Positions 1 to 11,144 of a DNA stretch of 64,000 nucleotides are shown here, one piece after another. Positions within the stretch are counted from its first letter, which is position 1. The number at the start of each line of letters is the position of its first letter. The notes under the pieces are model-generated. The model was not told where the DNA came from, ran no database searches, and saw nothing but the letters and a program-made list of their open reading frames with translations. The DNA comes from an uncultured Planctomycetota bacterium (GTDB lineage Bacteria > Planctomycetota > Planctomycetia > Isosphaerales > Isosphaeraceae), in the NCBI GenBank assembly GCA_963737655.1, contig CAVTTN010000002.1, forward strand, positions 128,001 through 192,000, given 5' to 3'. A program made the position numbers and the translations under genes.

Positions 1-944
1 GGCATGTAGCCCCACGACGAGTAGAGCGACGATCCCAGGGCCCACCCGGCCAGCCCCCATCCCCAGCCGTTGCCGTAGCCATAGCCATAGCGGCCGTAGC
101 CGCCTCCCCAGCCCCATCCTCCGTAGTGGCCTCCCCAGTAGCCGTGGACCCAGCCCGAGTGGTATCCGGCATAGCTTCCGCCGTGCCAGCCCCAGGCACC
201 GGCCTGGCCATAGGGCCTCACGGCCGCCGCGCCGAACGATCGGCCGGCGACCGCCGAGCCGCCGGGTCCCGTCGCGAATCCCTCGCGAGATCCGCCGACG
301 GCAGTCCCTCGAGGGCCGGAGACCGCCCCGACGTTCGATCGGCCCCCGACGGCATTTCCACCGGGACCCGCCGCGCCGCCCACCCGGCCGACATCGCCGT
401 ACGATCGGCCTCCGGCCGTGGTTCCCGAGACTCCGTAGACGCCCCGACCGGCCTCGGCCCCTCCGGGCCCGACCGCTCCCCGGCCGGCGGCTCCGTAATT
501 GACGCTGCCGCCCCTGGCCGTCGTGTACGACCCGCTTCCCGAGCCCGATCCATACCGTCCCCCGTAAGGCCCGGAGGAGAATTCGCCGCTCCGGGTGCTC
601 ATCCCGGGGGCCGCGTAGGGGTTCGATCCCTCTCCGCCGCGGACTCCTCCGTAGCCTCCGTAGGAACGCGACATCCCGAACGAGGGCGAGCGATTGAACG
701 ACGAACCCTCGAAGCCTCCGCCCCGGGCCCCGCCGAAGCTACCGCCTCGGAATCCCTCCGCGCCTCCGGCGCGGAACCCGCCCATGCTTTCGCCCCGGAA
801 CCCGCCCATGCTCCCGCCCCGGTATCCTCCGAAGCTTCCGCCTCGGAACCCGCCGAAGCCGCCCCGTCCGGCCAGGACGGGCCCGGTTCCTCCGGCGATC
901 ACCAGGGAGCCGGCCAGGGCGATCGTGAGAATCCTCGGTCTCAT
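1..944 (-). CDS. Secreted glycine-rich low-complexity protein (3'-truncated by the window edge)
   Basis: Translated by hand; absent from the ORF track because no stop lies in the window. ATG at 944 overlaps the upstream TGA (ATGA). MRPRILTIALAGSLVIAGGTGPVLA signal peptide, then GGFRGGSF-type repeats, GPGG motifs and a W/Y/G/H-rich block. Frame is open to base 1. Confidence 0.85.
   Translation of the reverse strand, partial: MRPRILTIALAGSLVIAGGTGPVLAGRGGFGGFRGGSFGGYRGGSMGGFRGESMGGFRAGGAEGFRGGSFGGARGGGFEGSSFNRSPSFGMSRSYGGYGGVRGGEGSNPYAAPGMSTRSGEFSSGPYGGRYGSGSGSGSYTTARGGSVNYGAAGRGAVGPGGAEAGRGVYGVSGTTAGGRSYGDVGRVGGAAGPGGNAVGGRSNVGAVSGPRGTAVGGSREGFATGPGGSAVAGRSFGAAAVRPYGQAGAWGWHGGSYAGYHSGWVHGYWGGHYGGWGWGGGYGRYGYGYGNGWGWGLAGWALGSSLYSSWGYM
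711..854 (-). repeat. Six imperfect 24-nt coding tandem repeats (GGFRGGSF/GGYRGGSM/GGFRGESM/GGFRAGGA/EGFRGGSF/GGARGGGF)
   Basis: Read directly from the hand translation of the minus strand. Confidence 0.8.
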
Positions 945-1946
945 GGCTTCCTCTTCGGTTTGGGGTCGGCGGGAGGGGAACCGGCCGAAGCGCCGGCCCT
1001 GGGCGGCTTGCGGACCAGGACGATCTCGGGTGAGTCGGGGACGGCCTGGCCTCCCATGGTCCGGTCCACGGACTTCCAGCGGGCCATGTCCTTCTGGACG
1101 AAGGTGAGGACCTGGGTGGCCGAGACCCCCTTGCCGTCGGCGAGGACGCCTTCGGCCTTGATCATCCAGGATCGATCGCCGACGCGACTCCAGAGGCCCT
1201 CGCTGTGGCCTCCGTCGCGATCGAACACCCAGGATCGAAATTGCTCGGAGTGCGCGTCCCAGCCGATCCTCTGGCTGCCTTCGGAGATCGGCGTCCCTGC
1301 GATCTTCAGGCTGAATTCCCGGATCAGGAAGTTCTTGTCCTCGCTCCATCGGCAGGACGTCTCGATGACCCCTTCGTCCCCCTCATCCACCCAGTCGCCG
1401 ACCATCCAGGCCAGTTCCTGGAGCCTCTCGTGGGGCGTCAAGGATCGGTCGGGGTACTCGTGGACACTGTCCTGGAGCCATCGACCGTCGCGGCGGACGT
1501 AGAGGACCGTGTATCGAGCCAGGTCGGGCGAGCCCCCGCCGGCCGGGATCGTCCGAGACCGGCCCGTCTCCCTCGCGGCGTCCGGGCCGAGGAATCGGAG
1601 GGTTTCCGGCGAGAGGCTCGATCGTCCCCTTGGGCTCGTCCTTGAAGGTGGCGGAGAACACGGAAACGATGGACTCCCGCCCCCGGACGGTCTCGCCCTC
1701 GTCGTCGGTGATCTCGGCGCCCTCGGTGAACAGCTCGCCAATCGCCCTGGCGTCGCCCTTGTTGTACGCCTCGGTGAAGGCGAGGACCAGCGAGGCCAGG
1801 GCCTTGACGTCGTCGGGACGATCGGCCGTTTTCCCGGCCTCGGCCCCGGGAGGAGCATCCGCCGGCCGTTGCCCGGACGCGACGGGAAGCCCGATCCCGA
1901 CGACGGCCGCCAGGACGGTGAGGCTCATTCCGACTCTCGCACTCAT
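941..1946 (-). CDS. Secreted SnoaL/DUF4440 (NTF2-like, YybH family) protein, frameshifted near 1615
   Basis: ORF 1383..1946 gives a signal peptide plus AFTEAYNKGDARAIGELFTEGAE; ORF 941..1858 continues SPETLRFLGPDAARETG...YVRRDGRW...WMVGDWVDE. One extra base at gagcctctcg joins them. Confidence 0.8.
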
Positions 1947-2014
1947 GATGCGACCTCTCCGGGGGACTCGGGCCGGTCAGGTTCCTCCGACCGGCCCGGC
2001 GGGCGGAACTTCGA

Positions 2015-3790
<1,776 letters not shown>

Positions 3791-3854
3791 GAACGCGAGG
3801 CTCCGGGTGAGGATCGAGGCACGTGACAGGGGTGATGACGGACCTGGAGATCGA

Positions 3855-4178
3855 TCACTCCGATCGAGCCTCTCCGGGGCCGATCGCCCCCGGAGAGACG
3901 GGCTCGGCGTGGGTCGCCTTGCTTCGAAGGTCGAGATAGCGTTTGCTGGCCTCGAGGCCTTCGAGGAACTTGGGGATCGTGTCGAGCATCCCGAACAGCC
4001 CGATGATGATCAGCCCATGCCCGACTCGGAGATGGGCATGGGCGACGTCGTCCGACAGGGTCCGAGACGCCTCGGAGAGGCCGATCACGAAGAGGGCGGC
4101 CCCTTTGAAGAGGTTCGTGTAGGGGTTTTCCAGGAAGGCCTGGATCCCTCGGGCGATCCGGTCTAACCGGTTTCTCAT
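3855..4178 (-). CDS. Small hypothetical membrane protein
   Basis: 107 aa with two hydrophobic segments; fills the gap between the two sulfatases on the same strand. Confidence 0.7.
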   Translation of the reverse strand: MRNRLDRIARGIQAFLENPYTNLFKGAALFVIGLSEASRTLSDDVAHAHLRVGHGLIIIGLFGMLDTIPKFLEGLEASKRYLDLRSKATHAEPVSPGAIGPGEARSE

Positions 4179-4185
4179 GATGGCC

Positions 4186-6632
4186 TCACCGCGGTTCCGG
4201 CCTGGGGGCGAGGTCGAAGACGACCTTGCTGATCTTGCCCGTGAACGCGAACGGCGATCGCGCCTCGTAGGTCATCGAGACGGGGTCGCCATTGTCCTTG
4301 CCGATGTCCATCCCGGCGTAGCTGGAGAATCGGAGGGGCACCGTGTGCGCCAGCCGGCCCTCTCCGACGGGCTTGCCGCCGACCATCAGGCGGCCTCGTC
4401 CGCCCGAGGCCATCGTCCCCGGTCGGTCCGCCGTGAATTCGTAGCAGACCGAGACCTTGCCCGAGGGCATCGCCTCTGCCGAGGTGATGGTCTCGGTGCT
4501 CAGCCCGAGGAAGCTGTACGTGTAATGCAGTTTCCCGCCCTGGACGTAGAGCGAAAACCCGCCGAGGAAGTCGGCCTCGGCCACGATCACCCCCTCCGCG
4601 CCTCCCGGGGGGATCACGAGATCGGCCTCGATCGCGAAGGAGCGGTTGTAGACGCGAGGGATCATCCCGGAGCTGATGTTCTCGATCCCGGGACCATAGG
4701 CGAACACGCTTCGGTTGGGCGAGGGAGGCTCCAGCCCGTAGAAGCTGGCGAGACCGCCCATCAAGGGCAAGACCTGATACTTCGCGGCCTCTTCCCAGAA
4801 GAGCTTCTTGAGCTCGGCGAGCTTCTCGGGATGCTTCGAGGCGAGGTCGTTCGCCTCGGAGAAATCTTCGTCGATATGATAGAGTTCCCATTTGTCCCGG
4901 TCGGGGTCCCAGTTCCCGCCCGGCCCATATTTGGCCATCGCGGCCGGGTCGATCTTCCAGGGGACGCGGTCGAGCCGTGCGCAGGCGATCCAACCATCCT
5001 TGTACATCGCGCGGTTGCCGAAGATTTCAAAATACTGCTGGGTATGCCGCCCCGGGGCTTTGGAATCGTCGAACGTGTCGGCGAAGCTCACCCCGTGAAT
5101 CGGCATCTGCTCGATCCCGTCCACGGTCTTCGGAGGCGCGATCCCGACGCAATCCAGGATGGTCGGGACGACGTCGATGCAGTGGGTGAACTGGCTCCTG
5201 AGGCCGCCGACGTCCTTGATCCGCTTCGGCCAGGAGACGACCATCGGGTCGCGGGTGCCTCCGAAATGGGAGGCCACCTGCTTGCCCCACTGGAACGGGG
5301 TGTTTCCGGCCCAGGCCCAGGCGCAGGCGAAGTGGGGTTGGCTCTTCGGGCCGCCCCAGCCCTCGATCCCTCCGTACTGCTCGATCAGTTTGAGCTGCTC
5401 GGCGGCCGGGACGTCCAGGCCGTTGAGCGTCGTCATTTCATTGAAGGCCCCGGTCTCGGTGCCCTCCATGCTGGAGCCGTTGTCGCCCCAGATGTAGAGG
5501 ATCAGCGTGTTGTCGGAGATCCCGAGGTCCTCGATCGACTGGACGACGCGGCCGATCTCGTGGTCGCAGTTCTCCTGGAAGCCGGCGAAGACTTCCATCT
5601 GCCGGGTGAAGAGCTTCTTCAACTCCGGAGGCACCGAGTCCCACGAGGGGAACGCCGGGTCTCTCGGGGTCAGCTTGGCGGAGGCGGGGATCACGCCCAG
5701 GGCCTTCTGTCGCGCGAACGTCTCCTCGCGGAGCTTGTCCCAACCCTGATCGAACTTCCCCTTGTACTTGTCGGCCCACGCCCTGGGCACGTGGTGAGGG
5801 GCGTGGCTGGCGCCGGGGCGTAATACATGAAGAATGGGCGATCGGGCGACTGGGCCTTCTGGTCGCGAATCCAGTGGATGGCGCGGTCCGCCATGTCGGT
5901 CGGGAAGTAATAGTCCTTCCCCTTCGGCACGCCGAGGATCGTGTTGTTCTCGGTCAGGACCGGGTCATACTGGCCGCTCGCGCCTCCCAGGAAGCCCCAG
6001 AAGTAGTCGAACCCGAGGCTGTAGGGCCAGCGATTGAACGGCCCGGCCGGGCCTTGCTGGTCGTCGGGCGTCAGGTGCCACTTGCCGAAGGCCGACGTGG
6101 TGTAGCCGTTCCCCTGGAGGATCTTGCCGATGCTCGCGGCGCTCAGGGGCCAGGTCGCGTTATACCCCGGCCACCCGCCCGCAAACTCCGCGACCGAACC
6201 GAAGCCGATGGCATGATGATTCCGTCCCGACAGCAAGGCGGCCCTCGTCGGCGAGCAAAGGGCCGTCACGTGGAAGCGATTGTACCGCAAACCCCTCTGG
6301 GCGAGTTTCGTGAGGGTCGGCGTCTGGCACGGGCCGCCGAACGTGGAGGGGTTGCCGAATCCGGCGTCGTCCACCAGGATCAGCAGGACGTTCGGGGCGT
6401 CCTTCGGGGCTTCGATGGGTCGAGGAAAGTCCGGCTTGGAAGTCGCGAGGGTCCGGGACGCCGTACCCCGGAAGGGAGGCTCGGCGGAGGGAATCGAGGA
6501 TCGATCCGACGACGGGGCCGGGGCCTGAGGATCGCCCGAGGCCACGACCCCGCCCAGGGCGCCCGCGATCCAGAAGAGCCCGAGCATGCGGAGCTTCCGA
6601 ATCGCTCCGGCCAGGGTGAATCCAACTCGCAT
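4186..6632 (-). CDS. Large arylsulfatase (AtsA-like, C-terminal beta-sandwich extension), frameshifted near 5815
   Basis: PNVLLILVDDAG, LCSPTRAALLSGR and FGKWHL in ORF 5691..6839 (start MRVGF at 6632); continues in ORF 4186..5790 (WGDNG, HFGGTRDP). One missing C in a C-run restores YAPGASHAPHHVP. Confidence 0.9.
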
Positions 6633-7226
6633 CGTCGGCTCCCAAGAGCGGGTCTGAGGGTGTGATGTCGTCGGTGAATGGGTGAGGCGGGATCGGGCAT
6701 CAGGTCGGCCTTCTCCGGCCCGATCGGAATCCCGCCACGGAAGGGTTCCATTCCCTGGCGCCGCCCTGGGATCGGACGGATCGCATCGGGTCGAAGATGG
6801 CACCGGACGAGGTCCATGGTGGCGGTAGTCGGCCGTCAACGTCGTCGGCCTGGGAGGCCTCCCACCGGGAGCGTGGTTTCTTGGGAAACTGGATGACCCA
6901 TCCCGGGCCGCAAGACCCTCGAGGACCAGGAAAAGGTCCGCATCTCGACCAAGGACAAGGACCGGATTTCACACAAGAGGGTCGTCCCAGGGAGTGCCGG
7001 GCGGGGCGTTTTCCACGATGACCGGCGGCCGGTCCGTTCGACTCAAGTCGGCGATGGGCGGCCTCGACGGTCGATTCTTCATGGGCGGGCGATCCCGTGA
7101 CGATCCATGCGGATTCCGATGGATGAGAGCGTGGGGTGCGCAGGATCTGGGCGACCGCCCCGAGGGTCGGAGCACTCTCGACCATTCGGCCGAGGTCGGA
7201 TCGCTCCTCGGGGTGGATCAGCGACG

Positions 7227-7255
7227 ATATTAACAATCCGAAGCGGAGTTGCTAA
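7227..7255 (-). promoter_or_regulatory. Putative sigma70 promoter for the sulfatase unit
   Basis: Minus strand TTAGCA-N17-TAATAT with extended -10 TG, in an AT-rich patch about 590 nt upstream of the sulfatase start. Confidence 0.4.
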
Positions 7256-7450
7256 GAAAAAACCGATGATGCGGCACAGATTTTCCCTCGGTGCCCCGAT
7301 CTCGACCGACCGACGCCGGATCTGCGCGTGAGGAGCTCCCGATCGGGCCTCGATTTCGGGGACCGATCCGGACGCTTCGGGACGGCGAACACTCATGAGG
7401 AACGGACATCTCGCGGACGAGGGGCCTGTTCCCCGTGGTGTTCGCGATCC

Positions 7451-8248
7451 TCAATACTTGGCCAGGTCGCCCGAGGACAACTCGGGATGAATCTCTCGGG
7501 CCAGCGCCGACGCGCCCTGGAGCATCATCTTCAACTCGCTGTTGACGGCGATGAACTGCCAGCCCTCGGCGATCCGTCGATGGGCGTCGGCGATCGAGAA
7601 GACGTGGAGGCCGCAGGGGATTTTCGCCTTCCGGGCCGCCGACAGGATCCGCTGAAGGGTCGTTTCCAGCGCGTCGGGGGAGGGCGGGGTGCCGTCGGCG
7701 GACCTCATGGACGCCGCCAAATCGTTCGGGCCGACGAAGATGGCGTCGATCCCGGGCACGGCGTAGATCTCGTCGGCGATGTCCACGGCCGCGATGTGCT
7801 CGGTCTGGAGGATCACGAGGATCTCGTCGTCGGCCGCCCGGTAATACGAGTCGGCCGAGGCCCCGAAGTTCATGGCGTGGAGGCCGCCCCCCACCGAGCG
7901 GTTCCCCTTCGGCGGGTATTTGCAGGCGGCCACGATCTTCCGGGCCTCGTCGGGCGTCATGACCATCGGCGCGACGATCCCCATCGCTCCGCAGTCGAGG
8001 ACCGTCTTGATCAGGTCGTGACGTCCTTCCTGGACCCTGGCCAGGGGGACGCAACCGGCATCGGCGATGGCGCCGAACATCATCGCGGCGGTCTGGATGT
8101 CGGTGTGGGTGTGCTCCAGGTCCACGGTCAGCCAGGGGAGCCCGGTCCGGGCGAGGAACCGGGCGGCGACGACGCTCCCCAGGGAGAGCCAGGTGCCGAC
8201 CTGGGGCTTCCCGGCCAGGAGCGCCCGTTTCACGGGGTTCGGCTTCAT
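7451..8248 (-). CDS. HpcH/HpaI family aldolase
   Basis: WLTVDLEH, LDCGAMGIVAPMV, YPPKGNRSVG, LQTEH, DAIFVGPNDL. Confidence 0.92.
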   Translation of the reverse strand: MKPNPVKRALLAGKPQVGTWLSLGSVVAARFLARTGLPWLTVDLEHTHTDIQTAAMMFGAIADAGCVPLARVQEGRHDLIKTVLDCGAMGIVAPMVMTPDEARKIVAACKYPPKGNRSVGGGLHAMNFGASADSYYRAADDEILVILQTEHIAAVDIADEIYAVPGIDAIFVGPNDLAASMRSADGTPPSPDALETTLQRILSAARKAKIPCGLHVFSIADAHRRIAEGWQFIAVNSELKMMLQGASALAREIHPELSSGDLAKY

Positions 8249-8279
8249 CTCGCGAGACTCCGCATTCGAGCCGGGACGG

Positions 8280-9524
8280 TCAGGACCTGGGCGTCAGGGT
8301 GAATCGATGAGGCTTCGGCTTCACCTCCTCGCGCTGCCTGGCCACGACCTCCGCCTCCAGGCGATCGAGGGCCTCCAGGGCGTCGTTCATGCCGGCGAGC
8401 TTCTCCCCCTGGAGCGGGACCTCGACGTTCCGCCAGCGCATGTAATGAATATTGTTGTGCTTGAGCGTATCCTCCTGGACCTTCCGGGCCTGGCGGGCCA
8501 TCGGCGTGTCGAGGACGGCGAGGTTGATCCCGTCGGCCAGGGCCTCCCGGGTGAAGGTGCCGACCTCGTCGCCGTCGATCGCCAGGCGGTACTCGCTCGC
8601 CTTCAACCCGGCGACCTTCAGCGGCTGGCGATCGAGCGCCTCGACCACGTCGGACGACTTCACGGCCAGGGCCACGGCCTTGTCATTCATCGAGATCGGG
8701 AACGGGAGCGCCTCGTCCTCCTGGGTCCAGGAGACGGTCTCGCCCGCTTGCAGGTCCTTCACCGACGCCTTCTCGGCCTTCGCCTTGCCTTCGGCGTCGA
8801 TCTCGACCGAAGACACGAGCGACGGGGCATCCCACGCCTTCAAGAGCGATTCGGCCATCAGGAGTTGCCCGGCGGGGCCGGGGTGAACTCGGTCATTGTT
8901 GAACTGGACGGCGGTTTCGTGGTCGGTCACGTCGGCCTTCTTCGTGGCTTCCACCAGTCCCGTGTTCAGGTCGGCGAGCGAGGCGCCCTCCTTCGCGGCG
9001 AGGTCCTTGAGGAAGTCCCCGTACCGGAGGAGGACGGCGTTGTAACCGCCCTCGAAGTTCGGCTTCCTCGTGACGTCGTCGTAGGGGCTGGGCTGGATGA
9101 TCGTCAGCCGGACCCCCGGGACGTGCTCCTTGATCGACTTCACGAGGTGCTCGTAACCCTTGCTGTAAGCCTCGAAGATCTTGTCGTCGAAGGCGCGGTA
9201 GCTCGCGTCGTTCATCCCGAGCATGACCGTCACGACGGTGGGCTTGTGGGCGAAGACGTCGCGAGCGAGCCTCCGGTCGATCGGGCCGCCGCCTCCGCCG
9301 CCGACCCGGTCGCCACCCCAGCCGGAGTGGACGAACGTGATGTTCCGGTTCGGGAACCTCGTGACGACATAGGTTTCGACGAACGTGGTGTACAGCCTCT
9401 GCTCGGTGATGGAGTCGCCATAGAAGACGACGCGGTCGCCGTCCTTCAGGGCGAAGTCCCCGGCGATGGCGGTGGCGCCGATCAGGCCGAGAAACAGGGG
9501 CAGGGCGAGTCGGAGCCGAGGCAT
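8280..9524 (-). CDS. Secreted SGNH/GDSL hydrolase
   Basis: Signal peptide; blocks FYGDSIT, GWGG, LGMND and DRVHP. Confidence 0.9.
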   Translation of the reverse strand: MPRLRLALPLFLGLIGATAIAGDFALKDGDRVVFYGDSITEQRLYTTFVETYVVTRFPNRNITFVHSGWGGDRVGGGGGGPIDRRLARDVFAHKPTVVTVMLGMNDASYRAFDDKIFEAYSKGYEHLVKSIKEHVPGVRLTIIQPSPYDDVTRKPNFEGGYNAVLLRYGDFLKDLAAKEGASLADLNTGLVEATKKADVTDHETAVQFNNDRVHPGPAGQLLMAESLLKAWDAPSLVSSVEIDAEGKAKAEKASVKDLQAGETVSWTQEDEALPFPISMNDKAVALAVKSSDVVEALDRQPLKVAGLKASEYRLAIDGDEVGTFTREALADGINLAVLDTPMARQARKVQEDTLKHNNIHYMRWRNVEVPLQGEKLAGMNDALEALDRLEAEVVARQREEVKPKPHRFTLTPRS

Positions 9525-9671
9525 CGGGAAGTCCTTCTGGAAGGCGGGCCCGGGTCGAGATCCGCGATTGCACCGCGCCCGGCTCGTCAGATCAAGCCAC
9601 CGGGGCGAACGTTTTCCGGATCGAGACTTTCGGGCTCGACGTTCAACCCGGCTCGTGGCTGGGGGCGGGGA

Positions 9672-11075
9672 TCAGGCGAGGATCTCCTTGACGACCCGGC
9701 CCGAGACGTCGGTCAGGCGGTAATCCCGGCCGCTGTAGCGGTAGGTGAGCTTCTCGTGATCGAGCCCGAGCAGATGGAGGACCGTGGCGTGAAGGTCGTG
9801 GACATGGACCTTGTCCTGAACCGCATGCCAGCCGAATTCGTCGGTCGCCCCGTGGACGATCCCGCCCTTCACGCCGCCTCCGGCCAGCCACATCGTGAAG
9901 CCGAAGGGGTGATGCTCGCGGCCGTTGTTCCCCTCGGCGGTGGGGGAGCGTCCGAACTCGCCTCCCCAGATCACCAGGGTCTCGTCGAGCAGCCCGCGGG
10001 CCTTGAGGTCCTCGATCAGGGCGGCCACCGGCCGATCGGTGGCCGCGCAGTTGTTGGGGAGCTCCTCGCGGAGCCCTCCGTGCTGGTCCCAGAGCTGGCA
10101 GCTCGACCGTTTCGCGGTCTGCGTGTGATAGACCTGGACGAACCGCACGCCTCGCTCGACCAGGCGGCGGGCCATCAGGCATTGCGTCCCGAAGATCTCG
10201 GTGGTCGTCTCGTCCAGGCCATAGAGCTTCCTGGTGGCGGGGGATTCGGAGGCCACGTCGAACGCCTCGGGCGCCTTCCTCTGCATGCGGAAGGCCAGCT
10301 CGAACGCCTCGATCCGGGCCGACAGCCGGGAGTCGTCCTCCCGCCCGTGGCGGTGGAGCTCGTTCAGCCGTTTCAGGGTGTCGAGCTGGTTGCGTTGTCG
10401 AGAGGCGGAGAACTCGGGGTTCGCGAGGTTGTCGATCGGCCTCTTCAGGTTCGCCACCAGGGTGCCTTGATATGAGGCGGGCAGGAAGCTGGACGACCAG
10501 AGAGGCGCGCCCTGGGCCGGCTGGCTCGGGCTCAGGACGACGAAGCCCGGCAAGTCCTGGTTCTCGCTGCCGAGGCCGTAGTTGACCCACGACCCCATGC
10601 TCGGCCGAGAGAAAGCCTGTTCCCCGGTGTTCATCTGGAGGCAGGCGCCGTTGTGGTTGATGTTGTCGGCGACCATCGACCGGATCACGCACAGGTCATC
10701 GACCCGCTTCGCCAGGTTCGGCAGCAATTCGCTGACGTCCGTGCCCGATTGCCCGTGCTTGGCGAACTTGAACGGCGAGCCCAGGAGGTTGCCGGTCCTC
10801 GTCCGTTCGAGCTTCGGCCTGGGGAAGGGCGGGGGCTGGCCGTTGTCCTGGAGGAGCCGCGGCTTCGGGTCGAACGTATCGACGTGCGACGGCCCCCCGG
10901 CCATGAACAGGAAGATCACCCGCTTGGCCTTCGCCGGGAACATCGGCGGGCGGACGGCCAGGGGATTCGACGTGCCCTCGGCCCTCGTCTCGTCGGCAAG
11001 CAACGACGCCAGGCCGAGCATTCCGAATCCATTGGCGAACGTGTTCAGGGCCTGCCTGCGGTTCATCGGGTTCAT
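9672..11075 (-). CDS. DUF1501 domain protein (Tat-like RR leader)
   Basis: MNRRQAL; AKAKRVIFLFMAGGPSHVDTFDPKP; ARRLVERGVRFVQV; WGGEFGRSP; HVHDLHATVLHLLGLDH. Confidence 0.92.
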   Translation of the reverse strand: MNPMNRRQALNTFANGFGMLGLASLLADETRAEGTSNPLAVRPPMFPAKAKRVIFLFMAGGPSHVDTFDPKPRLLQDNGQPPPFPRPKLERTRTGNLLGSPFKFAKHGQSGTDVSELLPNLAKRVDDLCVIRSMVADNINHNGACLQMNTGEQAFSRPSMGSWVNYGLGSENQDLPGFVVLSPSQPAQGAPLWSSSFLPASYQGTLVANLKRPIDNLANPEFSASRQRNQLDTLKRLNELHRHGREDDSRLSARIEAFELAFRMQRKAPEAFDVASESPATRKLYGLDETTTEIFGTQCLMARRLVERGVRFVQVYHTQTAKRSSCQLWDQHGGLREELPNNCAATDRPVAALIEDLKARGLLDETLVIWGGEFGRSPTAEGNNGREHHPFGFTMWLAGGGVKGGIVHGATDEFGWHAVQDKVHVHDLHATVLHLLGLDHEKLTYRYSGRDYRLTDVSGRVVKEILA

Positions 11076-11144
11076 GGCCGGGTTCCGTGGAGTGAGTGGG
11101 CCTCGCCGATGGGCCGAGAGGGACGATGGTGCAGTTCACGCACC

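Noticed and set aside
711..854. Periodic repeats as a possible CRISPR array
   Set aside because: In-frame 24-nt degenerate coding repeats without unique spacers; no cas genes in the window.
7272..7288. Possible sigma54 promoter (CGGCAC-AGATT-TTCC)
   Set aside because: The -12 GC dinucleotide is missing and it faces no plus-strand gene.
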